Origin: a virus
Virus record (IMG/VR): IMGVR_UViG_3300035145_003920
Location: 13,468 to 77,467 of that record
Direction: 5' to 3' (one strand)
Length of the DNA stretch: 64,000 bases
The notes under the pieces were generated by a model. It saw nothing but the letters and a program-made list of their open reading frames with translations. It was not told the origin of the DNA and made no database searches. Shown here piece by piece: positions 29,782 to 39,884 of the stretch; position 1 is the stretch's first letter, and each line of letters opens with the position of its first letter. A program made the position numbers and the translations under genes.

Positions 29782-31011
29782 TTAATTATTTTTAATTATA
29801 CCAGCTAATTGTTGCATTCTTCTAAATGCATCATTTTCAACAATCGGCTGTTTAGCAACTGGAGCAATTCCTGTTGCTTTTGAAGCGCTACCTTTTACTT
29901 CATTAATTGATGGCTTAGCTTTTTTAGCTGTAATTCCTTCATTTAATGTTTCAAAAATAACTTTAGCTTCTTTTACTGTAGACGCTTTGTCAAATGCTTT
30001 AAGCACTTTAACTTTTTTGTCTTCAGTTAAATTCTTAGACTTAAAGATTTTGTTAGTATAAAGTAGTTTAGCGTTTAATAAGTTAACTTCGTTAAGTTCC
30101 TTTCTAAGTTCCTCAACTTCAGCTAAAGCAGTTTCAAGCTCATTGCTTTCTTCTACTTTTTCTTCATTAACTTCTTCTTCGTTAATTTCTTCTTCCTTTA
30201 CTTCCTTTTTCTCTTTGTCTTCGTCTTTTTTCTCCATCATAGGAGCTGCATCATCTTCAAGGTCGATATCCATTTCCATTTCTGACTCTTCGCCATCCAT
30301 TTCCATTTCTTCTCCCGCTTCTAATTCACCAGCTTCTACCATGTCCTTAATTACATCCTCAATAAAGCCTTTTAAATCATCTTCAGACATATCTTCTAAA
30401 TCAATTTCTTCATCTTCCATTTCACCTTCACCTTCTTCGTCTTCGCCTTCTTCTTCGTTGGCGTCGTCGTCTTCAGCTTCAGTTACTTCTTCCGATTCCT
30501 CAATTTCTTCAGATTCTTCGATTTCTTCTGATTCAGTTACTTCTTCTGATTCTTTAACTTCTTCTTCTTTAACCTCTTCTACTTCGGAAACTTCTTCCTT
30601 AGCTTCTTCGATTTCTTCAGATTCAGTTACTTCTTCATTTTCCGTTACTTCTTCAGTTTCTTCGATTTTATCTTCGTTGATTTCTTCGTCTTCATTAAGT
30701 TCTGCAAGTAATTCATCTAAGTTGACTTCTTCATCAACTTCTTCAGATTCATTTACTTCTTCATTTTCATCTACGTTTTCTACTTCTTCAGAAACTTCTT
30801 CTTTTTTAACATCGTCTTCTTCGTACTTTTTACCGTACTCTTCAACTTTGTCATCTTCTTTGTCCATTTCTTCTAGTTTAGCAGCTAACATATCTTTTAA
30901 ATGAGGTGTAAATGCTTCTTCTAAAGCAGCTTTAGCGTTTGCTATGGCAGTTTCTTTAACCGCTTTAGCATCAGCAATTGCTTCTTTAAGCAAATCTCTG
31001 TTGTTAGACAT
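29782..31011 (-). CDS. Prohead core / scaffolding protein
   Basis: Very acidic EEVTESEEIEE repeats, coiled coil, C-terminal RRMQQLAGII; between protease and capsid genes. Confidence 0.85.
   Translation of the reverse strand: MSNNRDLLKEAIADAKAVKETAIANAKAALEEAFTPHLKDMLAAKLEEMDKEDDKVEEYGKKYEEDDVKKEEVSEEVENVDENEEVNESEEVDEEVNLDELLAELNEDEEINEDKIEETEEVTENEEVTESEEIEEAKEEVSEVEEVKEEEVKESEEVTESEEIEESEEIEESEEVTEAEDDDANEEEGEDEEGEGEMEDEEIDLEDMSEDDLKGFIEDVIKDMVEAGELEAGEEMEMDGEESEMEMDIDLEDDAAPMMEKKDEDKEKKEVKEEEINEEEVNEEKVEESNELETALAEVEELRKELNEVNLLNAKLLYTNKIFKSKNLTEDKKVKVLKAFDKASTVKEAKVIFETLNEGITAKKAKPSINEVKGSASKATGIAPVAKQPIVENDAFRRMQQLAGIIKNN
30470..30790 (-). repeat. Imperfect ~18-nt (EE[VI][TEN]E[SN]) coding tandem repeats in scaffold
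   Basis: Repeated ttcttcgatttcttc / gattcagttacttc units. Confidence 0.7.
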
Positions 31012-31036
31012 AATCGCAAAATTTAAATTTGTGAAA

Positions 31037-31109
31037 TACGGTTATTAGGAACCGTAATAGGAAAGTTTTACATTTGTTGACACCATATAAGAGATGGTGT
31101 ATTACGGTT
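31037..31109 (-). promoter_or_regulatory. Structured 5' leader of scaffold/capsid operon with mutually exclusive helices
   Basis: 31050-31059 is complementary to 31100-31109, and 31050-31056 also to 31037-31043; inner hairpin 31080-31100. Confidence 0.55.
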
Positions 31110-31134
31110 ATACGTATATGGGGATTCTATAAAA

Positions 31135-31740
31135 TTAACAAACAGGACAAAATCCTTTAGAACAAAGAATTTCTCTTACAATGTTGTTAACATTAGTATA
31201 ATCATAGGTAATAGTTTCTTTTCCTTCATTTAATGTTTTCATAAATGAACCTGGATTAGAAGGTGTAGAGACAAAATCCCAACATAATAATTCGAAGTCA
31301 TCTTGTACTTCCATTACATTACCATTTTGTTCTAATGAACCCATACCACGAGATGAAACACCTACAGTTACACCTGCTTTAATTATTTCTTTTAAAATAT
31401 TGCCTGATGGGGTAGGTAAAATTTCTATTTTACCCATTACGTTATCTCCATCCCACCAATATTCTGAAATTATATGTGATACGTTTTGTAAATTTATAAC
31501 TGATGATTCTGGGTGGTCTAATTCTCCAATAGCACGTCTTTCTTTAATAATTTGGGAATACTTATCCATTTCACGTTCCCATAAATCTCTGGCATAGTAT
31601 CTACCATTACCATTTTTTACTTCAGCAGTTGCTAAAATACCCTCAACAAGCAAATTCCCATTCTCTTTATTAACATTTTCAGTTAATTGAATAGGATTTA
31701 CCTTAAAGGTATGCGTTTCTATTAGTAATTTCTTACTCAT
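31135..31740 (-). CDS. Prohead core protease (T4 gp21-like)
   Basis: NGNGRYY, GELDHP, GVSSRGMGS, WDFVSTPS. Confidence 0.95.
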   Translation of the reverse strand: MSKKLLIETHTFKVNPIQLTENVNKENGNLLVEGILATAEVKNGNGRYYARDLWEREMDKYSQIIKERRAIGELDHPESSVINLQNVSHIISEYWWDGDNVMGKIEILPTPSGNILKEIIKAGVTVGVSSRGMGSLEQNGNVMEVQDDFELLCWDFVSTPSNPGSFMKTLNEGKETITYDYTNVNNIVREILCSKGFCPVC

Positions 31741-32620
31741 TTTCTAATTGTACTTCTTCAGTTTCTACTGAATCAACGATTTCGTCTACGATTTCTTCTC
31801 TTTGATATTTTTTACCACACATTTTTTCATACATTTTTTCCATCTTGCCTTTTTTCTTTTCTAAAAGCTTAATTTCCTTTTGCATGGCTTTCATTTTTTT
31901 CTTATCTATTAATTCAGATAAGTTATCATCTTCAGAAATCATATTAATGCGTTGCATTTTAGTTTCAATAACTTCGTCTAATTTATTTAACTTAGCTTCT
32001 AAAGCTACAATTTGAGCTTGTTTATCGATTTCAGCTAAATCATTATCTAAAGATTCTTTTTTAGCTTTTTTAGCTTTTTTAGGTTTGTCTTCTTTTTTTT
32101 CTTCTTCTTCTTCTTTTACAACTTCTGTTGTACCACCCATTAAAGATTCTTTAACTACTTCTTTTAATTTATCTGAGTAGCCACTTTCTTTATGTTTACC
32201 GGAAACTTCTTCAGATTTCATAGTTTCAGCTCCTAAACCTTCAATACCGAACATAGCATTGTTCATATAGTATTGGCCATCTTTAGCTAAATTTTTAGAT
32301 ACCATTTCTCTAATTTCATCTAAAGTTTTATCTGGGTTTTGTTTTGCTTCAAAATAAATACCGTTTAATACTTCTTGACCAATTTGGTTATCTAAATTTT
32401 TAACATCTGAATAGTCAAAGTTGCTTTCTGCTACTTCTTCTACTTCTTTAGAAGGTTTTTTCTCTACAGCTTTAGCTTCTTCAGCTAAATACTCAGCAAA
32501 TTTATTTTCAAAATCTGCCTTTGCTGTAGGTTCAAGGTTATTAATAGGTTTTAAATCAATGTAATTTTCATTGATTAATCCTTTTTTTACTGATTCAAAT
32601 AATTGTTCTGAGTTTTTCAT
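31733..32620 (-). CDS. Head-associated / internal protein
   Basis: Head module; INE, LAE, VKE sites; NLAKDGQYY. Confidence 0.65.
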   Translation of the reverse strand: MKNSEQLFESVKKGLINENYIDLKPINNLEPTAKADFENKFAEYLAEEAKAVEKKPSKEVEEVAESNFDYSDVKNLDNQIGQEVLNGIYFEAKQNPDKTLDEIREMVSKNLAKDGQYYMNNAMFGIEGLGAETMKSEEVSGKHKESGYSDKLKEVVKESLMGGTTEVVKEEEEEKKEDKPKKAKKAKKESLDNDLAEIDKQAQIVALEAKLNKLDEVIETKMQRINMISEDDNLSELIDKKKMKAMQKEIKLLEKKKGKMEKMYEKMCGKKYQREEIVDEIVDSVETEEVQLENE

Positions 32621-32862
32621 TCTCCTGGTTTTAATAATGTTTCAATGTCGTCTATATAAGCGTTAATTAAATCTGTTCCTTTAACTACAGCATAACTTTT
32701 TGGGTTTTCTCTATAGTATTTTATTGTTTCAATTTTAGCTTGACGTATTTCTTTTTTAATATTTTCTAAACGAGACTCTATAGTATCAAATGCCATGATT
32801 CTTTCTTCATGGAATTTTTTTACTTGGTCCTCTTCTTGTTCAATCAATTTATACTTATACAT
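32617..32862 (-). CDS. Small head-module protein
   Basis: N-terminal YKYKLIE matches the upstream gene's YKYKLKE. Confidence 0.7.
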   Translation of the reverse strand: MYKYKLIEQEEDQVKKFHEERIMAFDTIESRLENIKKEIRQAKIETIKYYRENPKSYAVVKGTDLINAYIDDIETLLKPGE

Positions 32863-32863
32863 A

Positions 32864-33736
32864 TTAAAAATTCTTTACTTCTAAACCACTACCTTTTTGA
32901 ACATAATTACCATTTTTGTCCTTAGGTACTAATTTGTATTTGAATTTTGTAACATAATAATTATCTTTTACTCCATCTGGGCCTGCTTTAGGGCCTGGTC
33001 CTAATGTTGCCCCAACATTTTCTTTTAATCCTCCTGGAGTTTTTAATTTTTTTCCTGATTTAGCATCTGTATCATATCCACAAGTACCTTCAGGTAATTT
33101 TTTTTGCTTTTTAGGTAATTTAAAAGCATATTTAGTTAAATAAGAACCTGCTCCAGCTGATGTAGACATTTCTTCTATTTCTGATTCTTTTACTGGTTTT
33201 ACTCTATCACTAGGGAATCTTTTAACTGTACTACCATCAAATCTAACAAATGTTTTATCTCCTTCTACTTTTTCAACTGAACCTGTACCATACATTTTTC
33301 CATCTTTATCATAAACATGTACTAAATCAAGATGGTCATTAATTCCCTCAGCCATCCTCATTTGTATTCTATCATAAATTTCTGGGTGTTCTTTTCTAAT
33401 ATGGGTTCTAACTTGGTTTCTTATTTGACGGATTTGATCATAAAAATCTCTAAATTTAGGATCATCCTTAGATTTTGAAGCAGTTCTTTTAGCTATGTCT
33501 ACTAGATCATCTAATTCTTCAAACATTTTATCATACCCAGGTAATTGTTCTATTCTCCAACTAACTGCACCTGTGGTATCATCAATTTTATAAATGGTAG
33601 ATTTAGATGTCCCATCTGGACTATAAGATACTTGGCCAACTTTAAAAGGTTCCCCTTCTTTACGTTCAAGTTCCTTTGCCGCTGCTTCAGGAGAAGCAGT
33701 TTTAGACATTTCTTTAAGTTTATACTTGTACTGCAT
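32864..33736 (-). CDS. Modular putative internal head protein
   Basis: Segments separated by LKE, MAE, VKE, IEE, LPE, LKE; SH3/KOW-like middle module. Confidence 0.65.
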   Translation of the reverse strand: MQYKYKLKEMSKTASPEAAAKELERKEGEPFKVGQVSYSPDGTSKSTIYKIDDTTGAVSWRIEQLPGYDKMFEELDDLVDIAKRTASKSKDDPKFRDFYDQIRQIRNQVRTHIRKEHPEIYDRIQMRMAEGINDHLDLVHVYDKDGKMYGTGSVEKVEGDKTFVRFDGSTVKRFPSDRVKPVKESEIEEMSTSAGAGSYLTKYAFKLPKKQKKLPEGTCGYDTDAKSGKKLKTPGGLKENVGATLGPGPKAGPDGVKDNYYVTKFKYKLVPKDKNGNYVQKGSGLEVKNF

Positions 33737-34586
33737 TTGCTACTTTAATTTCTTTTACTAGTTCAAAATATTGTAACAAATCAACTAAATTGTCATTAGA
33801 AACTTTAGCTGTTTTATTTAATTCAACTAAATATTTAGCTACTTCCTGAATTTTAATTTGTGTAGCTTTATCTTTAACATTTTTATTTACTTCAGTTAGT
33901 GTTGATTTTAATTCTACTATTTTAGAATTATAAAAATCTCTTAATCCTGGAGTTGAGTCTACTGAATTAATAAACTCTTTAAGTACTTGTTTTTGTTCTT
34001 TAGATAAATTTTCATATTTAGAATTAAATTTTTCTAAAAGAACTTTATAAGTAAGTATTCTTAAATCTTTATCATATGTTTGAAATTCTTTAAGAACATC
34101 CTCTTTAACTACTTCTTCTTTAACTTCTTGTTTAGTCAAGTGTTCTAATAAAGTAATTTTATTTTCAATTAATTGATTTGAATCACTAGCTTCATCAGCA
34201 TTATATCCTTCGATTAAGGTGTATAAAGCAGCTAATTCTTTATAATTTTTAATTTTAGAACCAAAGAAAACATCTAGGTTATAATGTTTTTTGATTTCAT
34301 TAATTAAATTATATTTTTGTTTTCTTAAAGAAGCTCTATTAAATTTTTGAGACGATTCTAATATAGTAGAAATTACAATATTAGCTCTTCCTTCATTTAA
34401 AACCTTTGATTTTAAAATTGATTCGTATAACTTATACTCACGACCTAAGGAAGTTTTTACGAAGTATTCTTTTAATATACTTATTGCTGGAGAGTCCCCT
34501 CCTTTTAAAGTATCGGCAGTAATCTGACGCACTAAAAGCTCAAAAAGGATACCTGTATTCTTGTACTTGGAGTGTTTTATTTTCAT
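33720..34586 (-). CDS. Hypothetical protein downstream of portal
   Basis: MKIKHSKYKNTGILFELL; late motif upstream. Confidence 0.75.
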   Translation of the reverse strand: MKIKHSKYKNTGILFELLVRQITADTLKGGDSPAISILKEYFVKTSLGREYKLYESILKSKVLNEGRANIVISTILESSQKFNRASLRKQKYNLINEIKKHYNLDVFFGSKIKNYKELAALYTLIEGYNADEASDSNQLIENKITLLEHLTKQEVKEEVVKEDVLKEFQTYDKDLRILTYKVLLEKFNSKYENLSKEQKQVLKEFINSVDSTPGLRDFYNSKIVELKSTLTEVNKNVKDKATQIKIQEVAKYLVELNKTAKVSNDNLVDLLQYFELVKEIKVANAVQV

Positions 34587-34622
34587 TAAAAAATATATTT
34601 ATTTATAAATATTAGAAAAGAT

Positions 34623-36521
34623 TTATTCCTTTAATTGTTTTTCATCAAGGAGTGATGTATCATCTTCATTTTGCTCAAAAACTAACTGTTTTTTATTCAT
34701 TTTCTTAAACATATCTTTGTTCTTTAAAAATGTAGTTTGAGCAGTTTCCAATGCTAATCCGCTTTTATTTGTATCTGTTCTACTATCTCTTGAATCATTT
34801 TTATCAGTATCTTTCATACGTTTAACACCTAAACGATCTTTTCCAAAGTTACTATCTTGTTTATTAATATTTGAAATAGAATCTTTAGGTCTTCCTAAAT
34901 CAGCGTCTTCATTATATCCTGGGGGTACATTACCTGGGTCTGAATACATTCTACCCTTACCATATAATGAAGCTAAATCATGAGGAGTACCATATGATTT
35001 ACCTGTTGCAACAGGATCATTTCCTTCTGCTTCAATTTGTGTTAATCTAAATGTTCGTTTAGCATCTTCTCTCATTAAATCTCTCATTTCATCATACTGA
35101 TCTTCTGATAAATGATAAATGTTATCATAAATCCAATCAGTAGGCATGATTTTTTGTTCTTTTAATGTTTGAGCTAATTCTGTTTTAGATTTTAATAATT
35201 CAATTTTTTCTTGTTCAAATATAATTGATGGTGTTTGCATTGAAATTTCAAAATTAGTCAATGCTTCATCTCTATACCCTTGAGCATATAAGTGAACTAA
35301 TGCAATTTTATTAAGCTCGGAAACCATAATACGTTGTAAACGTTCAATAGTACGAGCAAATCTAATATCTTCAGCGGCTAATGTAGCTTTACCTTCTGTA
35401 GTTTCATCATATCCTAAAAATGCTTTAGGAATTTTAAGTGCTGCAAATAATTTATCTCTTAGATATTCAACATCTTGAATACCATCATAATCTAATCCTT
35501 TAGTAGTTTCGATTTTTGTTGTAGTATCATTTCCACGAACGGGGATGTAGAAATCCTCCATCATGTTTTGCATGTTATATTTCATGTTATACTCACCTGT
35601 TTTTTGGTCTAAATAAGGAGTACGTTTCATGTTTGAAATAGTTTTTTGCATAAATGCATCTATTTCATTTGGAGGAATTGATCCAACATTCATATAAAAA
35701 ATACGTTTTTCAGGAGCACGAGCAATTCTATGAATTAACATTGCATCTTCCATTAACGTATATTGTTTAAATAATTTTCTAGCTGGTTCAATATATGAAC
35801 GACCATAAGGAAGATAATTAGTATCCCCAATTAATCTAAAGTGAGCCATTTCATAATTGTCAAAGAAAATACCATTTTCAGTTTGTGATCTATTGTTAGT
35901 AGAATACATTCCCGAACTTGGATTTACTAATCCATTAGGATCATATCTAAATCTTACATCAGATGGGTTTTCAGCGTTAAATCCTTCTTCTCTACTAATA
36001 TGGTAAGCAGTATAAGGTATTACATTATAAACACCAAATTTTTCTGCTACTTCTAGTTTTAAGAAAAAATCGCCAAATTTAGACATTTGTCTAACCCATG
36101 CCCATAAGTTAAATTCAATATTTAATACATCATAAAATAAGTTATAAAGTATTTTTTGAATTGCTTCATTATTAGAACGAATAGATAATATTTCACCCAT
36201 ATCATTCTTTAATGTTGATTCATCAGCTATAATATCTAAAGCAGAGGCAATAATTGCATCTTGATCCATTACATCATATTCTGAATATAATTGGGGTCTT
36301 AAATATTGGTAATTAAAATTAAATTGAGCCCCATATAATGATGATGGGTTTGTAGAATATAAACGATTATATCTGTCAATTAATGAATTAGTTTGTAATT
36401 GTCCATTGGTTTGAATAGCACTACTATCTATTACTTTAATTTGGTCTCCACCAACGTTTCTAATAATTACGTCAGTTGAAAATAATCTTCTTAATCTACT
36501 AAATAAGCCTGTATCTGCCAT
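34623..36521 (-). CDS. Portal protein (gp20-like)
   Basis: SALDIIADE, LMEDAMLIHRIARAPEKRIF, EDFYIP.RG, ALKIPKAFL, EDIRFAR. Confidence 0.96.
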   Translation of the reverse strand: MADTGLFSRLRRLFSTDVIIRNVGGDQIKVIDSSAIQTNGQLQTNSLIDRYNRLYSTNPSSLYGAQFNFNYQYLRPQLYSEYDVMDQDAIIASALDIIADESTLKNDMGEILSIRSNNEAIQKILYNLFYDVLNIEFNLWAWVRQMSKFGDFFLKLEVAEKFGVYNVIPYTAYHISREEGFNAENPSDVRFRYDPNGLVNPSSGMYSTNNRSQTENGIFFDNYEMAHFRLIGDTNYLPYGRSYIEPARKLFKQYTLMEDAMLIHRIARAPEKRIFYMNVGSIPPNEIDAFMQKTISNMKRTPYLDQKTGEYNMKYNMQNMMEDFYIPVRGNDTTTKIETTKGLDYDGIQDVEYLRDKLFAALKIPKAFLGYDETTEGKATLAAEDIRFARTIERLQRIMVSELNKIALVHLYAQGYRDEALTNFEISMQTPSIIFEQEKIELLKSKTELAQTLKEQKIMPTDWIYDNIYHLSEDQYDEMRDLMREDAKRTFRLTQIEAEGNDPVATGKSYGTPHDLASLYGKGRMYSDPGNVPPGYNEDADLGRPKDSISNINKQDSNFGKDRLGVKRMKDTDKNDSRDSRTDTNKSGLALETAQTTFLKNKDMFKKMNKKQLVFEQNEDDTSLLDEKQLKE

Positions 36522-36548
36522 AGTATATAGTTATTGTTATAAATATTA

Positions 36549-38120
36549 CTATAAAAGCCAAGTAATATCTTCTTTATTTCCGTTTTGTGTATCAATATGA
36601 TAGGGATTATCATTTCCACTAGAGAAATAACCACCTTGATACGCTGTTCTATTTACTTTTATATTATTTAAAGCATTTCTTGTAGCATCTAAACCACGTT
36701 GTCTTAACTTTAAAGCTGTATCCCTAATATACATTGCAATACCAAAAGACATAACTAAATCATCGTTATATCCTGATTGTGCTTCTGCTCTTCCATTACG
36801 CCAAATAAATACTTTCATTTCCTCTATCAATCTTTTGGATTGAATTGTTACTCCTTTATCACTAATGTATTCTTGAAATTTACCTACTACCATAGGTCTA
36901 GTCCTAGAAGACATTGTAAAACCAGCTACCATTTTGGAGTGGTCTTGATACTTATCAAAATACGAATCAGCATTTGGGGAGTCACTCCTTTGTGAATAGT
37001 AGAGATTAGGATATTGTCTGTCAATAGCAACTTGTATAGTTGCCCAACCAATATTAGCATTTTCTATTACTAACATTGCTTCATTATATTCAGTAGCTAA
37101 GCCAACTAATAAATGCCCATAATCTTTAGTACCAATTTGACCTTTATATTCCGCTACTTGTACATTATTAGCAACATCAATTACATGGCATGCTGAATAG
37201 TCTTTTCCGTCTCCTCTTGAAACATCCGCTACTACAATATAATCTCTAGTATAATCAGGTGATTCCCAAACCCATAAATTTTGATCAGCTCCTCGTTTTT
37301 CTAATGGTTCTTTAATATAAGATTTTTCATAATATTCAATATATTCAGGATAAAATACTATATCACCAGAAGTACTAAAATCACAATCACATTCCTGAGC
37401 TGCCATTCTAGGATCACCCAATAATTCATCTTGCCTATCCCTCCATGCTTGGTCTCGTTCTGGGTGAACATACCAAGGTAATTTAATAGGTAAAAATTCA
37501 TTTTCTGCTGCTTCTGCTCTTGCCCATGTTTGATGAAACCAATTACCAGTACCATAAGGAGTAGATAATGCAATACACCCCCCACCAGTTGCTAATGTTT
37601 GTTGGGCTGAGGCCCAAATCTCTCCAATATTATCAATAAAAGCTGCCTCATCAATTAATAGTAAAGATACTGCTTCTGATCTACCTGCATCTGAACTTGC
37701 TGAAGTGGCTTTAATTTGGGATCCATTTCTTAATCTTAAAGTTAATTTGTTATTTTCGTCTGCATCTACTTTTAACCATGAAGGTAAATTTTCATACATA
37801 AATTTTACCTTTGTAACCATGTTTTTTGCTGTTTCTTGTTTTGTAGCAATACAAAGAATGTTTTTATCCTTAGCAAATAACATTAACCATAAAGAATAAC
37901 CAGCAGTTAAAGTAGAAATACCTAACTGTCTAGATTTTAAGATAATCGAATAGGGATTATCTCTCATTAATGTTAATACTTTTTCTTGGAATGGATAAAG
38001 ATTAAATTGAATACGTCCTCTTTGTGGGTGTTGGATATAACAATATTTACGCATAAAGTGAACTGGGTCTTTAGCGCATCTAAGATATTCCTGACGTATT
38101 ACTTTTTTTATTTCGGACAT
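36549..38120 (-). CDS. Terminase large subunit (gp17-like)
   Basis: LKSRQLGIST, LLIDEAAF, STPYG, ADVSRGDGKDYS, GYNDDLVM. Confidence 0.97.
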   Translation of the reverse strand: MSEIKKVIRQEYLRCAKDPVHFMRKYCYIQHPQRGRIQFNLYPFQEKVLTLMRDNPYSIILKSRQLGISTLTAGYSLWLMLFAKDKNILCIATKQETAKNMVTKVKFMYENLPSWLKVDADENNKLTLRLRNGSQIKATSASSDAGRSEAVSLLLIDEAAFIDNIGEIWASAQQTLATGGGCIALSTPYGTGNWFHQTWARAEAAENEFLPIKLPWYVHPERDQAWRDRQDELLGDPRMAAQECDCDFSTSGDIVFYPEYIEYYEKSYIKEPLEKRGADQNLWVWESPDYTRDYIVVADVSRGDGKDYSACHVIDVANNVQVAEYKGQIGTKDYGHLLVGLATEYNEAMLVIENANIGWATIQVAIDRQYPNLYYSQRSDSPNADSYFDKYQDHSKMVAGFTMSSRTRPMVVGKFQEYISDKGVTIQSKRLIEEMKVFIWRNGRAEAQSGYNDDLVMSFGIAMYIRDTALKLRQRGLDATRNALNNIKVNRTAYQGGYFSSGNDNPYHIDTQNGNKEDITWLL

Positions 38121-38561
38121 TTACTTTACTAATAATACTGCAGCTACCACACCTACTATACCTGCACCCATAGTTAATTTATTTTTTAATTTTTGCTTTT
38201 TTAAATCAGCTTCTAATCTTGCAGTTAATTCTTTAGATAAAGCTACTTGATTAGCTTGTTGATTAATAATACCTTCATAGTTATTAATCTGCCGTCTTAA
38301 ATTTGTAACTAAATCAGTTTGTGATAATAATTTATTATTAGTTTCAGTCAAAACCAGTTGCATTGTTTCCATTTCAGACCCTAGCCCATCAAATTGGATA
38401 AGATCTTTAATTACCAATTTTGCAACAGGTTTAGTTAATTGAATCTTGGTGCTGTCCTTCGAGGATGTGTCTGTAGCGTTCTGCGAAAAAACGTTCAAGC
38501 TCATCATCACCAAAGAAATCAACAGCATCAACTTTTTGCTTTGTTTCATTTTTGATAACAT
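38121..38561 (-). CDS. Signal-peptide coiled-coil protein with C-terminal hydrophobic anchor (spanin-like partner)
   Basis: SPI-like LLISLVMMSLNVFS-Q; C-terminal GAGIVGVVAAVLLVK; overlaps the upstream gene. Confidence 0.5.
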   Translation of the reverse strand: MLSKMKQSKKLMLLISLVMMSLNVFSQNATDTSSKDSTKIQLTKPVAKLVIKDLIQFDGLGSEMETMQLVLTETNNKLLSQTDLVTNLRRQINNYEGIINQQANQVALSKELTARLEADLKKQKLKNKLTMGAGIVGVVAAVLLVK

Positions 38562-38805
38562 TTATTCTTACGTTAAGTTTATTAATTTTAGCATCATATT
38601 CGGCTATTTTAACTTCTAGTAGCTTAGATTCATTTACTAATTCATCATTTTCACTGTGGAGAGAATCTACTTTTGCCTCTAATGCTTCTATTTTAGCATT
38701 ATATTCATTTACATAGTCTTCTCTTTCACCAAAGAAATGATAGACTAAAATGCATGCTCCTATTATAACGAATAATGGATAATTTTTCTTTAACCATTTA
38801 AACAT
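38431..38805 (-). CDS. N-terminal TM plus coiled-coil protein (i-spanin-like)
   Basis: LFVIIGACILVYHFF followed by heptad repeats. Confidence 0.5.
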   Translation of the reverse strand: MFKWLKKNYPLFVIIGACILVYHFFGEREDYVNEYNAKIEALEAKVDSLHSENDELVNESKLLEVKIAEYDAKINKLNVRINVIKNETKQKVDAVDFFGDDELERFFAERYRHILEGQHQDSIN

Positions 38806-38811
38806 AACTTA

Positions 38812-39327
38812 TTATTTAACTTGTTTTAACTTCTCATATTTAGCTTTAGCATCTAAATATTCTGCACTCTGAGATATTTTTTTCATCATCTGTAGTGCCG
38901 CTTTTTTAGCTGAATCTCCTTCAGCATCTTTATACATTTCAAGATGTTTTTTTAAATCTTTTTGTAACCTTTTATAATTATTTATTATTTGATCTTGTTT
39001 AGAAGCCTTTTTTTCTATTTCAGCATCTCCAGCAGGTGCATCCTCATCTTCTTCTGTAACTTTAATTATATCATCTTTATCTGCCTGTTTTTTTACTTGG
39101 GGTAATTTTTCAAAAGGGGTTTCAATTGTAGCTTCTTCCATTGATGATTTTAAAACATCTAAAGCATTTTTTAAATCACGAATAGCTTCATCCTGTCCTA
39201 CATTTCTGTATTTCATGAATCTGCTTACAGCTTGTTTAGCCATTCTTACTTCTTCAGATGAAGGACTTTCATTTAAAGTGCTTAAAATTTCTTCTTTAAT
39301 AAAAGTAGTTAATTCTGATTTTTTCAT
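38812..39327 (-). CDS. Putative internal head protein
   Basis: MKKSELTTFIKEEILSTLNE leader; late motif upstream. Confidence 0.65.
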   Translation of the reverse strand: MKKSELTTFIKEEILSTLNESPSSEEVRMAKQAVSRFMKYRNVGQDEAIRDLKNALDVLKSSMEEATIETPFEKLPQVKKQADKDDIIKVTEEDEDAPAGDAEIEKKASKQDQIINNYKRLQKDLKKHLEMYKDAEGDSAKKAALQMMKKISQSAEYLDAKAKYEKLKQVK

Positions 39328-39352
39328 TATAATAGGTTTTATTATAAATATG

Positions 39353-39883
39353 TTAGAGGCCAGTAATATTCAATATTTGTTGAATACGTTCATCTGTAGA
39401 TCCAGATATTTGATTAATATTATTACATAAATGGCTATATCTTTTAATTAAAGTAGTAATAGTAAAATCAATTATATCTCTATAATGTTCATCAGTTTCT
39501 CTTACACCATTATCTTCAATAGCAAGCCCATGAGGAGAAATATAAAAAATGTGATCATATTCTCTAATAAATTCTTTTGCATAATTTTCAAATGATTCTT
39601 TATCACTATGATGAATTGATTTAGCATTTAAAGTAAAAGCAATAACATCAAATACTGTTCTATCTGTAATAATATCAGGTTGAATTAACTCAGCACAACG
39701 TTCTGCTAAAAATACAGTTTGACCTTTCAATGTAGAATCAGTATTAAGTGGAATACCTTGCTCCATTAAAAACTTAGAACGCTCTGTTCTAAACATATAA
39801 TCCTTAAATTGCTCTGTTTCTTTTAAAGCATTAACTAATGTAGTTTTACCTACACTCATTGTACCACACAAACCTATTTTCAT
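39353..39883 (-). CDS. P-loop kinase, NadR/AAA_28-like
   Basis: GTMSVGKTT, ITDRT..D, EDNGVR. Confidence 0.8.
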   Translation of the reverse strand: MKIGLCGTMSVGKTTLVNALKETEQFKDYMFRTERSKFLMEQGIPLNTDSTLKGQTVFLAERCAELIQPDIITDRTVFDVIAFTLNAKSIHHSDKESFENYAKEFIREYDHIFYISPHGLAIEDNGVRETDEHYRDIIDFTITTLIKRYSHLCNNINQISGSTDERIQQILNITGL

Positions 39884-39884
39884 A

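Noticed and set aside
30143-30904. 253-aa Ser-rich plus-strand ORF
   Set aside because: Antisense shadow of the Glu-rich scaffold codons
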